NCBI GenBank assembly: GCA_964016885.1
Contig: OZ024743.1
Coordinates: 334,614,001-334,678,000, forward strand
DNA: 64,000 bases
Direction of reading: 5' to 3'
DNA from: Eledone cirrhosa
Taxonomy: Eukaryota
Part shown: positions 40,036 to 56,025 of the stretch, one piece after another
Numbering within the stretch: position 1 is the stretch's first letter
How the letters are laid out: each line of letters opens with the position of its first letter
The notes under the pieces: generated by a model
Database searches by the model: none
What the model saw: only the letters and a program-made list of their open reading frames with translations
What the model was told of the DNA's origin: nothing
Program-made: the position numbers and the translations under genes

Positions 40036-42445
40036 AATTTATTGGCCACAAGGGCCGACATATAGGGGACAATACAATAGACGGGGACAGTGGGGGTTTT
40101 ACACAAAAATCGAGTAAAAAATAGTAAAACAATAACAATAAACAAGAAAAATACAACATTGAAAATTTCCCGATAGAGTAAAGGCTCGAGAGTCAATACG
40201 TGCAGAAAGGAAGAGAGAGGTCACCCTTGACGGACCGATCGGGAGAGCCGAAATGGTTGCGAGAGATGGCCATTAACCTTGATCATCGAGCGTGTACCGC
40301 TGTGGATTGCAGCGATCCAGCTTCTGAAGACAGGGCCGAAGCCAGCGGCTTTGAGGACAAATTCCACATACCGCTTTCGATTGATCTAAATTGATCAGTG
40401 CGCTACCGAAGCCAGGTTTACACCCTACCCTCTCTATGATGTATCGCATGAGGTGAAGATTGTTGTGTATGGACCTGGCTGGGATTGCGCAAGTTTGCGC
40501 CTCCCCAACCAAATCCTCGACGACAAGCGCTAATCTCTTGGCTAACACCTTGGCCAAAATCTTAAAATATGTGTTGAGCAGAGTTATGGGCCTTAAGTTG
40601 TCTAATGTATCCCTCTTGTTCTCGTCTTTCCTTATAGGCGTCACCACTCACCTGCTCACAGAACTGAGAATACTCCCATTCTGCTGCCAGTTGCAGTAGA
40701 GTGCTTCGAGGAGATCGGAGAACAAGTCTGGCATATTTACGTAAAGCTCGTAGGGCAGGCCATCCAAACCGGGTGATTTGCGCCTCATACAGCCGACAAG
40801 AGCGTCCTGAATTTCGGCTGAAGTAATCGGCCTTTCGCAGCGCTCAACGTCGACCGTCGAGATGCGCGGCAAGCCGACAAGGTAGGGACTGATATCCGCT
40901 ACTCTCTCTGACTCGCCACTCCCCACGAATCGCTTATCTCGTGTCCGTCTCGGTCTGACAAAGACCGAATTGTGGTTTTATTACCACGCTGCGCCTCCGC
41001 CACGTGGGCCCATTGAACCTCTATGGTTCATTCGTTTCTCAGCGCACTCGCCTTAGCTCTGACAATGCAACCTTTGTGTTTCGCCTTGAAGAAATGGTCT
41101 AATGCCATTCTCGCCGCTAGCACGTCAGTTGCAATGCCACTACAAATAGCCTCGTCTAACTTATCTACCAGCCCCCCCCCCCCCCCTTTCTATTTTTCTC
41201 TAACGCTAGTTCTTTGCTGAACTCTATCGAAGTTACTCTAATCTCTCTTTTGAGAGCCCCACACTATCTGTTGTTGATGATCCCCTCTCTCAACTTTTGC
41301 TTAACTAAATTGTTGACTCGGACCTTGCAAGCCTTACGTGCTGGAAATGACATGTTCAGCTTCCAGTAACGCGATCCAAACCTACGCGTTTTATCTAGGT
41401 CGACCATAAAGATCACAAATGTATGATCTGAATAGGCGACCGTTTTGAAAAGTGGGCAGCCTACACTATTTCTATCTATTTTCCTAATGAAGATCCTGTC
41501 TATATACGTTCTAGATGACCCCATGCAGTTGGTCCATGTCCATACTGGCGCATTGGGGAAATCTAGTCGATACCTGTCAGACAGTTGGAGCTGGCTGATT
41601 AGGTGCTTGAGGCTTTTGACCCCCACCCCGCCCCGCCCCGCTCCTATCAGCTACTCCCACACAATCCCAGCGTGCGTCTAAGATGCCATTCCAGTCCACC
41701 GCTAAGAGTAAAGGGTGAGACGTACCCAGAAAGGCCTCCAGGAGCCTAAAGAAGTTCGGTCGTCCGGCACCTGTAGGGACGTAGACGGCCAGCCGTCTAA
41801 AGGCACCACCTTCGCTACTGCTCACATCCAAGACGACCAACTTACCGTCCTGGTCCCGGAAGATCGACCTTACCTCGAGATCCAGTCCTTTCCTAAACAG
41901 CACTGCCACTCCACCTCCCATTCCTAGCCTGCTAACAGATGCGAAGATCTGATAGTCGTCGAAAATGGGGGGGTAATGCGCGCGTGTCGGAATTTCTGGT
42001 CTCGCTGGCGGCAATCACATCCATTCCAGCGACCTGAGGTCGTTGAGCAGGCGACCCTGCTTCCAGGGTGACCCCAGCCGAGAACATTTAAACTTCCTAC
42101 TCTTAATATGGCCATGTTGGCAAGCTAAAAGAGAGACGGGGAAGGTCTACTTAACTCCCGGGATCTTGTGAAGGTCGGGTGGTTCGACCTCCATGGTTGG
42201 TGGGGTTTCTTTTGAGAACCCCTTTAAAAGTCTCGATGTAGGTTTCACATTCGGGGTTCCCACGTCTTGAGGAATGCTCTCCCGAATTTCTTTGAAGGTA
42301 TCGAGTGACATTCGGACCAGAAGCAAATCTTCTGGCACGCAAAATGTGGTCATTTCAAAGATGTCCCCCTATGATTGAATGCCCTCGCTTCGTGCTAAGA
42401 GGGCCATCGGTTTATCCTTGGTTCTTCTGACAAGCACGAAGTTTT
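40036..42445 (-). mobile_element. Tx1/L1-clade LINE with internal deletion (copy 4; ORF1 tail, APE, RT N-terminus, 3' UTR)
   Basis: ORF2 start MAILRVGSLNV, APE motifs, RT to QG.PLS/LEPLL, joined directly to the 3' UTR near 40170. Confidence 0.88.
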
Positions 42446-42464
42446 TAACATTTTGTTGTAATAA

Positions 42465-42634
42465 TACTTGTTTCTACTTTAGGCACAAGGCCAGCAGATA
42501 TCCAGTACATTACTGGTACTTTATTTTATCGACCCCGTAAGGATGAAAGGCAAAGTTAACCTCGGCGGGATTTGAACTCAGACTGTAAAGGCATGTAACT
42601 ATAGATACCTATCGATACTGCCAATTCACCGCCC
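42465..42634 (-). mobile_element. SINE family A
   Basis: Head, central domain and tail; flanked by a TTTTGTTGTAATAATA duplication. Confidence 0.85.
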
Positions 42635-42641
42635 TTTTGTT

Positions 42642-42689
<48 letters not shown>

Positions 42690-42705
42690 TATATATATAT
42701 ATATA

Positions 42706-42889
42706 TAAGTCTATCCCTGGTTCAATCGAGGGTAACCACGGTAAGTAAGGCACTCAATACAAAGTAGGGTATATGTATTTAATATAGAACTGTTTCTACA
42801 GGACTAGAACTGTTTCATTCGGGAGAAATCATCAGGAAGCTGCTTCCTGATGATTTCTCTTGAATGAAACAGTTCTAGATCCGCAGAAG

Positions 42890-42890
<1 letters not shown>
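42706..42890. repeat. Short fold-back element with HHR core boxes (palindrome 42804-42878)
   Basis: 37-bp arms around one T; CTGATGA-T-TTC-TCTT-GAA-T-GAAAC; same family as 63361-63571. Confidence 0.85.
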
Positions 42891-42921
<31 letters not shown>

Positions 42922-42932
42922 GCACGCACACA

Positions 42933-43062
<130 letters not shown>

Positions 43063-44546
43063 GATATAGATAAATGGAAACTATATTTATAAAACCATAT
43101 TTATTTCATTATATATATATCAGGGATATCATATTAACAATATGTTATGCCTTCTTCAGACAAAATACAATATAGACAGTTTTATAGATAAATAGATTTG
43201 ACATACCGTTCAACATCGACTTGTATTTGAAAAAGTTGATTTGGCAGTGAGAAATTGTAAACAGAAAGAAAGAAAGAAAGAAAAAAAAGAAGGAAAGAAA
43301 GAAAGAAAACGAAGAAAAAGAAGAAAAAAGAAGAAATGCATGCAACAAAATAGAGAGATGGAAAGATAGATAAAGAGAAGAACTTCATGTAAAGAAACAG
43401 AGAGAGATATATAGAGAGAGGAAATAGATAGAGATAGATATATATAGAGAAAAGTAGGTAGTTGAACATCCGTTGAATGACGTATCAATGATACATTTAT
43501 TTATTTATTTATTTATTTAGCTCTAGTATTAATGTAAGGGAGATATATGTGGTTAGGAAAGAAACCAGCCGTTATATAGAGAGAAAAATGAAAAGTAACC
43601 AGACATAGGCGAGGCAGAATTTAAAAACCCTATGTTTTAATGTAGAAATATTAGTTCGTATAAAAACCAGGCACTATAATGTAAATATCAGTATTCCTGA
43701 ATGAGACACGTATCCATAATGTGTGAAAAGTAATGATCTTATGTCTAGTTTTAAAAATTCATATGTTTATATGATAACTACAAACATCGATGTGAATTTA
43801 CGTGATCAACTCTGCAAACCCCTATTTCACACGGAGAACATTCTCATTGTGCTATAAAAATTTAAGTATACATATATGTGTATATATACACATATATATA
43901 GAGTCTATATTAATTTTAACAATACTATTCTTGTCTTTACTCTACATGATTATCTATCAAGCAGAAATAGAGAACAGATTTCAATATATTAATAAAAAAT
44001 ATCAGAAACAAAAACAAAAAAATAATAATAATAATAATAATAAAAATAAAAATAATAATAAATAAAAATAATAATAAACAAATAAATAAAATAGAAAACT
44101 AAAAAATATTACATATTAAAAATAAAAATATTAAAAATATTAAAAAATATTAAAATAATAAAAATAAAAACATAATATGCCACGCAAATCGACCACAAAG
44201 ATCAACCCTTCAAAATTAATTGACAATATATTGCCAAGTTCATTATAAGCATCAGAGTCGAAAACAGATAAAGCTAAAAATTATTTACCAAATCGCGTCT
44301 AGCAGAAATCATTTCAAAAGTTTAGGATGCCCATTTGGTCTACATATGTTCTTATATTTAATATAGAAGTTTATCTAGTATAACATTTATTCGATATATT
44401 TGGAGCATCAACTTTTAGGGTAGTTTAATTTTTCATGAAGAATGTTTAAATAAAAATAAAAATAAAAATAAAAAGAAGAATAAAAAGAAGAAATCGAAAG
44501 ATTTATCGGCTAGTTTCCCAAATAATTATAAATCAAACCAAATATA

Positions 44547-45800
44547 CTACATTTTAAATTTAAATTTATATTTAAAAGTTGAGTTCAATCTATGTTTGCA
44601 GCAACTGAATAAATTTGTCCGTAGATTAAGGGAATTTTTAGATTTTAGTATAAAGAATATCTCCTCCGCGCAGAGGTCACATGTCTCAGAGGATGAATTA
44701 AAAGGAATCCCTCTTGAGACTATATTCCAAGCCGTCGAATATCTAACGTTATCTTGCCTAAGTTGCCAGAGTACGCCTGATAGTGCTGTTGAAGATTTTT
44801 TGCTTGGATCTGTGAAAGAATTCTTGTGGTTATTATAGCGAAGTTTAAATTCCGTCGATGTGGAACCGACGTAGTTAAAAGAATTAGAGTCCGTTTTAAC
44901 ATTACAGTTGTATATTATATTTTTAACTAAGCAGTTGTTATTTAACGGACATTTAGATCTATCTCTACAGTTACATTTGTTAACTTGTATATTATTTATG
45001 CTATTATCGCTAGGTTTTAAGTTCCTATTATTTATTCTATTAATATTTTGTGCTAAATTTTTGGTGGATGAGTAGGTTAATTTTATAGTATGTCTATTGA
45101 AAATTGAGTGATACCTATGTGTTCTAGGGAAGCGATTATCAAGAGCTTTAAAAAATAGTTTAGCGATGTGGGTTTTAATGTTTAGTGAGAAAGGGGGGGG
45201 GGGGGGGGCAAACCATATTATGTTCCTAGTTCTATTTCTTTTTTGGCTTTTGGAATTATTGTAATGCTTTCTATTATAGTTGTTAAGGTTGTGGCCGTAA
45301 TTAAAATAGTTGTTATTTTGTTTAGTTTGTCTATCATTATCTATGTACATAATCTTATCACTATATCCTGCTCTAGCTAACGCTTCATTGTAGTACTGGG
45401 CTTTTTCGTCGAAAATCTTTCTATTAGACGAGATTCTAGAGATACGTTTTTGAACAGAGTTTACTATAGTGTTTTTGACAGATCTGGAGTGGTTAGAGTT
45501 AAAGCTGACATAGTTTAAGTTTTCATTCAACTTGTGAAATGGATAGTGAAGACATGTGTTGAGATTTAATGTTATATCTAGGAAATTGACTATTCTATGG
45601 TTGTTCTCAATTTCTATTTTTAGATTAAAGTAATTAAAAAATTGTGTAATTTGTTTTCTTTTTCTATTTAGTTCAGAGTTATTATTATCAATAAGTAAAA
45701 GCATGTCATCTCTATATAAACCTCCGGTAGTACCAGGTATTTTCCTATGTAGCGAATTGATTAAAAATAAGCCCACAAGGTCAGTTACCTGAGCCGACTC
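44547..45800 (-). pseudogene. Penelope-like RT C-terminal half plus GIY-YIG endonuclease (left arm, open frame, no N-terminus)
   Basis: GLYRDD, VNFLDITL, SNH, WFAPP, CNCR..CPL..C, NIIY...YVG, RYNNH, CDLC..E, CKH. Confidence 0.9.
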
Positions 45801-47044
45801 AGCTCAGGTAACTGACCTTGTGGGTTTATTTTTAATCAATTTGCTACATAGGAAAATACCTGGTACTACCGGAGGTTTATATAGAGATGACATGCTTTTA
45901 CTTATTGATAATAATAACTCTGAACTAAATAGAAAAAGAAAACAAATTACACAATTTTTTAATTACTTTAATCTAAAAATAGAAATTGAGAACAACCATA
46001 GAATAGTCAATTTCCTAGATATAACATTAAATCTCAACACATGTCTTCACTATCCATTTCACAAGTTGAATGAAAACTTAAACTATGTCAGCTTTAACTC
46101 TAACCACTCCAGATCTGTCAAAAACACTATAGTAAACTCTGTTCAAAAACGTATCTCTAGAATCTCGTCTAATAGAAAGATTTTCGACGAAAAAGCCCAG
46201 TACTACAATGAAGCGTTAGCTAGAGCAGGATATAGTGATAAGATTATGTACATAGATAATGATAGACAAACTAAACAAAATAACAACTATTTTAATTACG
46301 GCCACAACCTTAACAACTATAATAGAAAGCATTACAATAATTCCAAAAGCCAAAAAAGAAATAGAACTAGGAACATAATATGGTTTGCCCCCCCCCCCTT
46401 TCTCACTAAACATTAAAACCCACATCGCTAAACTATTTTTTAAAGCTCTTGATAATCGCTTCCCTAGAACACATATGTATCACTCAATTTTCAATAGACA
46501 TACTATAAAATTAACCTACTCATCCACCAAAAATTTAGCACAAAATATTAATAGAATAAATAATAGGAACTTAAAACCTAGCGATAATAGCATAAATAAT
46601 ATACAAGTTAACAAATGTAACTGTAGAGATAGATCTAAATGTCCGTTAAATAACAACTGCTTAGTTAAAAATATAATATACAACTGTAATGTTAAAACGG
46701 ACTCTAATTCTTTTAACTACGTCGGTTCCACATCGACGGAATTTAAACTTCGCTATAATAACCACAAGAATTCTTTCACAGATCCAAGCAAAAAATCTTC
46801 AACAGCACTATCAGGCGTACTCTGGCAACTTAGGCAAGATAACGTTAGATATTCGACGGCTTGGAATATAGTCTCAAGAGGGATTCCTTTTAATTCATCC
46901 TCTGAGACATGTGACCTCTGCGCGGAGGAGATATTCTTTATACTAAAATCTAAAAATTCCCTTAATCTACGGATAAATTTATTCAGTTGCTGCAAACATA
47001 GATTGAACTCAACTTTTAAATATAAATTTAAATTTAAAATGTAG
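45796..47044 (+). pseudogene. Penelope-like RT/GIY-YIG (right arm, frameshift in the poly-C run at about 46388-46398)
   Basis: ORFs 45820-46416 and 46385-47044 are near-identical to the left-arm protein. Confidence 0.9.
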
Positions 47045-48417
47045 TATATTTGGTTTGATTTATAATTATTTGGGAAACTAGCCGATAAATCTTTCGATTT
47101 CTTCTTTTTATTCTTCTTTTTATTTTTATTTTTATTTAAACATTCTTCATGAAAAATTAAACTACCCTAAAAGTTGATGCTCCAAATATATCGAATAAAT
47201 GTTATACTAGATAAACTTCTATATTAAATATAAGAACATATGTAGACCAAATGGGCATCCTAAACTTTTGAAATGATTTCTGCTAGACGCGATTTGGTAA
47301 ATAATTTTTAGCTTTATCTGTTTTCGACTCTGATGCTTATAATGAACTTGGCAATATATTGTCAATTAATTTTGAAGGGTTGATCTTTGTGGTCGATTTG
47401 CGTGGCATATTATGTTTTTATTTTTATTATTTTAATATTTTTTAATATTTTTAATATTTTTATTTTTAATATGTAATATTTTTTAGTTTTCTATTTTATT
47501 TATTTGTTTATTATTATTTTTATTTATTATTATTTTTATTTTTATTATTATTATTATTATTATTTTTTTGTTTTTGTTTCTGATATTTTTTATTAATATA
47601 TTGAAATCTGTTCTCTATTTCTGCTTGATAGATAATCATGTAGAGTAAAGACAAGAATAGTATTGTTAAAATTAATATAGACTCTATATATATGTGTATA
47701 TATACACATATATGTATACTTAAATTTTTATAGCACAATGAGAATGTTCTCCGTGTGAAATAGGGGTTTGCAGAGTTGATCACGTAAATTCACATCGATG
47801 TTTGTAGTTATCATATAAACATATGAATTTTTAAAACTAGACATAAGATCATTACTTTTCACACATTATGGATACGTGTCTCATTCAGGAATACTGATAT
47901 TTACATTATAGTGCCTGGTTTTTATACGAACTAATATTTCTACATTAAAACATAGGGTTTTTAAATTCTGCCTCGCCTATGTCTGGTTACTTTTCATTTT
48001 TCTCTCTATATAACGGCTGGTTTCTTTCCTAACCACATATATCTCCCTTACATTAATACTAGAGCTAAATAAATAAATAAATAAATAAATGTATCATTGA
48101 TACGTCATTCAACGGATGTTCAACTACCTACTTTTCTCTATATATATCTATCTCTATCTATTTCCTCTCTCTATATATCTCTCTCTGTTTCTTTACATGA
48201 AGTTCTTCTCTTTATCTATCTTTCCATCTCTCTATTTTGTTGCATGCATTTCTTCTTTTTTCTTCTTTTTCTTCGTTTTCTTTCTTTCTTTCCTTCTTTT
48301 TTTTCTTTCTTTCTTTCTTTCTGTTTACAATTTCTCACTGCCAAATCAACTTTTTCAAATACAAGTCGATGTTGAACGGTATGTCAAATCTATTTATCTA
48401 TAAAACTGTCTATATTG

Positions 48418-48483
48418 TATTTTGTCTGAAGAAGGCATAACATATTGTTAATATGATATCCCTGAAATATATATAATGAAATA
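48418..48483 (+). ncRNA. Hammerhead ribozyme in the PLE 3' terminal region
   Basis: TATTTTGT-CTGAAGA-AGG...CCT-GAAA-TATAT-ATA-ATGAAATA; the mirror copy at about 43102-43167 has GAAA changed to GATA. Confidence 0.72.
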
Positions 48484-48635
48484 AATATGGTTTTATAAAT
48501 ATAGTTTCCATTTATCTATATCGTAAATATACTCCAAATACTTGTTGAGTGCTTTTATATCAGTTATAAATATTTACTAGTTGTAACCCAACAATTTAAA
48601 TATAACTTTCCATATATATATATATATATATATAT

Positions 48636-50072
<1,437 letters not shown>

Positions 50073-50084
50073 ATGTATAATAAT

Positions 50085-50722
50085 CACTCAAGAATCTCAT
50101 TATTTGTACTACATGCACTATATGCAAATGACCATTATTTCTAACTGATGTTTCACAAAATATCTGTGGGGATTGATATCTCAATGAGAATATATCCTTT
50201 TTCTTTGTGGTCTTTAGCTACAATATCCGCTCGGTTTTCTTTGTGTATTGGTATATCTCAGAGAATGGTTATTTTGTCATTCTCTGACGCCTTTTCAGGC
50301 GTTTGTCTGTACTATCATTTTTCTGTTGGTATTTCATAATGTTGGCATCATTTCCAGTCTATGTCAATCCCAACTCTATCATGTCTGTGGTTATATTTCT
50401 GAGCAGCCAGACATAATGTGGTTAAATATTTCTTCTCTATCACTACATATTCTGCAGTTACAAATTGTGTTCTGCTTCATTATGTACTTCTGTATTTTCT
50501 GGTGGAAGCTCTTTGAACTTGTGTCGCACTTAATATTCCTCCCGACTCCGCTTTTAGTAACCAGGTTTGTGAGTTGTGCCTGTCTAATTTCTCTCTATTT
50601 AGCTGTTTCTTGTATTGACCATATAAGGGTTTTTCTTGCCATCGATTGAACAGGTCTGTTTTTAATTTAGATTTTATGTTTTTCATAATTTCTGTCGTTG
50701 ATTTCTCTGTGATATCTGTCAC
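50085..50722 (-). mobile_element. R4/Dong-like (RLE-type) LINE 3' fragment, degenerate
   Basis: RWQEKPLYGQY, SQTWL, CRIC....ENI.HIMSGC zinc knuckle, DINPHR/IPTD-type endonuclease remnant. Confidence 0.7.
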
Positions 50723-52409
50723 TTATAGAAAGTACAAAAGAGATGCACCATTCCAAAGGATAAAAGTGATGCATCTGCATCCCACCTAAATTGTGAGTTT
50801 CAGTCTTGAAAAATGTTATCAAATGCGCAAAACATCGGACAAAATAATAAGTACTATGTACCAGCTTTTACCAAGGAAATGAATAATCTGAAAAATATAA
50901 CCCTTTGGAAACAATAATGATTCCCAGCCCTTTATATAGGAGACAGAAAGGCACCGAAGTGGCAGAATCGTTAGAAAGTCGGGTAAGATGATTTGCAGTA
51001 TTCGTTCCGGTTGATTGCTATCAGAGATCAAATCTCGGCGGGATCAACAGTGTCTTTTACTCTTTTTAAGTCGGTAAATAAAGTACCAGTCTAATACTGG
51101 GGTTAATTCTTCCTCTATTTCTCTTTTTCAGTTTGTATCTTTCTTGTGCTTTCTCCTTCTCTCGGAACAATCGGCTGTGTTCAAACATCGCGAGGAATGA
51201 CCCTACGACTCCATCAGAACTAAAGGATACATGACATTGCATACAAATTACTCCCATTATCAAAGCAGATATATAATCAAACTCTTCTGTGTCTCTATCT
51301 TCTTCGTGTTCCTATGTCAGAAAATCCAGAAAAGATAAACCAACACATTAAAACGGTATTCAAAGATAACAGCAAACGTCATATATTTGTTATCTAAGTT
51401 AAAGCTATACTACAATGGCTAGAGCATGAATGGACACCCGTTTGGTTTCAATGATAAATATTCTAGTTGCGCGATCAGCGGAACAGCCTATTTTTGGAAT
51501 TAAAGTCTAAGTGAATGAGCATTTCTCAGACACGTGTACCCTTGACGCAATTCTTAAGGAGATTCTGCACGACAAATTGTGTAACAAAGTTGACCATTGG
51601 AATTACAGGTACAGTCCAGCTGACAGGATTCAAATAATTTCCGTCTATTCAGATTCCCTCAGAATGCACTTGCTAAATGAAACGTGCCCAGGATGGAATC
51701 GAACCTGGAATCTAATTATTGCAAAGTGAAACTTTTAACCACTCAGCTAAGCTGTCTCCACCGATACAGTAGAGCATAAAAACTGCATAGATAACATTCT
51801 ATGCATTGTTTAAAATAAGAAAAAGAGAATAAAATGAAGATCTGAAAACCTCAATGAAGGCACAAATATTTACAATAGATCTGGCTGAACATATATGATG
51901 AGAGAAAGTAAATCATATACTGTTATGGAATAGCATTTTATGAATGATAGAGATACAGAGTGGAAATAGAAAATAAAACAAGTAGTGCATATATTGTTTG
52001 TAAATAGCCCAATCTGTCGTTTTATCAAGAATATGGTTTGAGAGAGATATGGCTGTGATTCAGCAAGTCAGATTATCAAGTAATGAAAGGCTTCGTTGAT
52101 TTGATGGCTATATGGTTGTTCAACGTGGTTGTCACATATGACAAGAGCACATATTTTGCTTTGCTGTTTTCTTCAGTTTCGATTTTAATAGTTTGAAATC
52201 GAATCTAATTTCCCAAGAGAATTTAGTAGATGCAATGATTGACTTACTAAGTTTAGAACGATCACCAGTTTCACGTAGCAGTCCCTCTTTTAGATTCAAA
52301 TGCTGATAATGTTGATAATTGCTTTCCTAATCTGCACGATGTAATCCTTCACTGTTTTCATGATTTAATATGTATAGCAATATCAGTTTTATTATCATTA
52401 TTAAAGTCT

Positions 52410-52598
52410 GTGGATTGGCAGAATCGATAGAGCGTTGGACAGCGTGCTTTGTAGCAGAGAGTTATGGCCCTTTACATTCTGAGTTCAAATCTTGCCGAGG
52501 TTAATTTTGCCTTTCATACTTGCGGGGTAGATAAAATGAAGTACCAGTAATGCACTGGGATAATTGCTGGCCTTGTTCCAAGAGTAGAAACAATTATT
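52410..52598 (+). mobile_element. SINE family A
   Basis: A-box, B-box, central domain, tail. Confidence 0.85.
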
Positions 52599-53411
52599 AA
52601 AGTGATTATTTACAAATGCAAGAAGGGTATCTTTTGTTGAAACAAGAATTGAGTCGATATTGGAGGGCATGGATGGAAGCATTTACATTTCAGTAGGATG
52701 TTCAGTGTAAAGGAAAACATTAAAAGTTATAACAATGTTCTGGATAAACAAGAAAAAGCCATTATTAGTATCATCATCATCATCATCGTCTTCATGCGTT
52801 CACTAGATCCACATGAGGTGCCAGTCTTTGAGATGCAGTCCATGCTATATTGGAAATGTGCATCATCAAAAGAGATCGCCAAACAGGGTGAGGCCTAGAA
52901 TTTGTAACCACTTCGGTAATTGTAGTTGCGTGGTTTTCATGTTTAAAAGAAAGGGAAAGATAATGTTTTCTTTATATTTGTAGTGGTTTAATTAAGTGGT
53001 TGAAGAATATAAGATTCACATAATCTCATTGGTTGAGCCTTTCGAGGTCCCTGTTTATGTTTATGGAGTCGGCGCACGTTTCACGTTAGTTGTCAGAATT
53101 ACAGGCGGATGACTCTTATAAGAAGAAGGTCATTGATGAGTAAAATCTGTGCAGGAAAGAAGGTTGCAGGAGGTGACATGTTGGTCATTGATACATGGAA
53201 GAAAGAGTGGTGGGGATAGAAGAGATCCTTACAGCTAACCACAGCAGTCAATAAAGTGGGAATATGGAAAAGCTACATCATTGTAAGTCATGCTAATACA
53301 ATCTGAAAGATGGCCACGACAAGAAGGGATGAGAGTTGTGATAGACATGGTCGGATGTTTTACTCACGCTCTCTCTTTCTTTCTCTCACTCACTCTTTCT
53401 CGCCCTCTTCT

Positions 53412-55450
53412 CTATGACTTATAGCCTCACCGCTCTCAGGAAGAAAGAGGGTGGCATACGCCCCATTGCTGTGGGCAATGTCTTCCGGAGGCTGGCTGCG
53501 AGGGTGATCTGCAAGTCCATAACACACGAACTGGGTAAGGAGTTTAGTCCGGTGCAGCTGGGTGTCGGCGTGTCCGGTGGCTGTGAGGGGGCCGCTCATG
53601 CAATCAGGCAGTTATTCAGCAGCTGCCCATCGGAACCGGCATTCATGGACTCCAGGCACCTCATTGTCAAGCTTGACATGAGGAATGCCTTCAACTCTTT
53701 ACGCCGGGATAATCTGCTCGAAGCCTGCCTCAGCCGAGCCCCTCTGCTTACCCGCTGGCCTACCTGTCATATGGAGCGCCGAGCAGGTTCCTTGCTGCTG
53801 ATACGGTCATACCCTCGGCTACTGGAGTCCAACAGGGCGACCCTTTGGGACACCTCCTGTTCGCCCTTGGTATTGACCACATCGCCCGGAGTATCACGGC
53901 CCCTCTCAACGTTTGGTATCTGAATGATGCTACGTTGGGTGGGCCCGTACGGACGGTCTGCTATGACCTTCAATCGGTGGTTCCTGCCCTGGCGGGAATC
54001 GATCTCCAGGTCAACTCGGCCAAGTCGGAGGTGGTGAACGTCACCCTCGATGCTGCGAGCTTTGCAGCCTCCGTCTTGGACGTGCGGTCCATTATCCGCC
54101 AGGTTCAGGTGCCCCCAAAGAGGATGTCCTCATCCTCGGGTCACCGATCCACCTGCCGGCCATCCGCTCCACCATCAGGTCCAGGCTTCAACAGCTCCAG
54201 ACTCTCACGAGTCGACTGGGCTTGATTGATGGCCACCCAGCTGTCTTTCTGCTAACGAACTGCTTCGCCATGCCGAAGCCCCTCTATACACTCCGCAGCG
54301 CTCCATGCTACACCCAGGCATCTCTCCTCGCTTACCTCGATACTTGTATCCGAGCAGCAGCCGAGGGGATATGCAACGTCAAGTTTGACGACATAGGGTG
54401 GCAACAGGCCACTTTACCTGTCAGGTATGGCGGCCTTGGCCTCCGGTCCCCGATCTCACTAACTTGGCCGGCGTATCTTTCGTCGGTAACCTCATGCCGC
54501 GTCCTCGTCAGCAGGGTTCTTCAAAACGCAACAGAACCCTTTGTGTTCAGAGAACGTGAGGCCGCCTGTGAGACGTGGGACCGGCTGAGACTTAGCCCAG
54601 TAGGCGTCCCTCCTCCTTCTTCCCCTGTTGACGTCAAGTACCCCCAACGCACTTGGGATGACATCCAATGCATTCTGGCCTCAGATAGGCTCACGCGGCA
54701 GCTCGACGAGCACCGCCTTGCTTGTTTTCGTGCGGCGCCAAACCCCACAGTGGTGCCTGGCTCCATGCCCTGCCCTCATTCTCCACTGGCACTCAGCTAG
54801 ACAACCATAGCCTTCGAATAGGCGTTTTTCTGAGGCTCGGCCTCCGGATCTGCCAGCCACACCAATGTCGCTGCGGTTCCACCATGGACTCTTACGGCCT
54901 CCATCCGCTTTCCTGTCGCACAGTGCCGGCCGCATTCCACACCATGCTGCCCTAAACGAGGTCATTAAGCATGGCTTGGACGCTGCAGGCTTCCCTTCCC
55001 AGCTCTAGCCGGTGGGGCTGGATCGAGGGGACGGCAAAAGGTCAGATGGCATGACCATTTTCCCGTTCCGTGGTGGAAAACTCCTCGTCTGGGATGCTAC
55101 TTGCACCGACAATTTCTGCAGCCGCAACCTGGTGCAGTCTGCGACTGACCCAGGTTCTGCTGCACATCGGGCTGAGGGGCCAAACTCCTCAAATACCGGT
55201 CGCTCTCCGACAGGTTTGCGGTCGTACCCCTGGCAGTGGAGACTTCTGGTGTCCTCGGCCCCAGGGCTACTGCCTTACTCACTACCATAGGCCCAAACGA
55301 GTTGGAGTGCCTTTTCCAGGGCGTCTCCCTTGCTGTCCCCCGGGGAAACACCTTCTCCATTCTGTCCGCCGGGGCTGTGGGTGGGCCGCATCGCGTACCG
55401 TTATAGTTGTGTATACAGATATTAACTCATCATTCCCATTGTCCTAATAA
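53412..55450 (+). mobile_element. CRE-clade non-LTR retrotransposon, 5'-truncated pseudogene
   Basis: [76 protein letters not shown] (RLE). Confidence 0.88.
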
Positions 55451-56025
55451 TATATTTACAAGTAAATATTATAAAACCATTTCATCTTTATTACACTTAA
55501 TTCCATTAGAAACAAACAGACAAATATTTTGCGGTTATTGACCAATTTGTTCGTTTCGGTGAAGGCGGAAATCACTTTTACTTTTTGTTCATATTCTATC
55601 GTCATATATATTAGGTTCTCTAAGTTCCTTATTCAATATTATTGAAGTTCTTCGGCAAAAGTATTTTATAACAACGTTCAAGTTGCAGAAGACGTCAACC
55701 ACCACGTGTTGTGGTAAATATAATCTTCCTATGTCTATTTTGGTTAGAGCTTTATGAATGCAGTCATTATGTTTCTTGGTTTCACGTCTGGTCTTACTAA
55801 TTCACTTTACTTTCGCTTGGTTAGTGTAATATATTACGGGAAATGTTTATTGATACTTATCTTTATTTTTAGCTAAGTGTTAAGTAATGATATAATTAAA
55901 TGTTTCTTTAACATTCTTCTTGTCATTGTACTCTGTTTATTTAATTAATTCTTAAGTATGTACTCGTATTAGTAGGTTCCATTTAAATGCTTTATCTGCC
56001 TTCTTCGTATCATAATATAATACTG

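Noticed and set aside
44547-45776. 409-aa ORF read as a functional PLE protein
   Set aside because: Lacks the N-terminal RT motifs and begins at a GTG next to the palindrome centre; frame continuity depends on a homopolymer length
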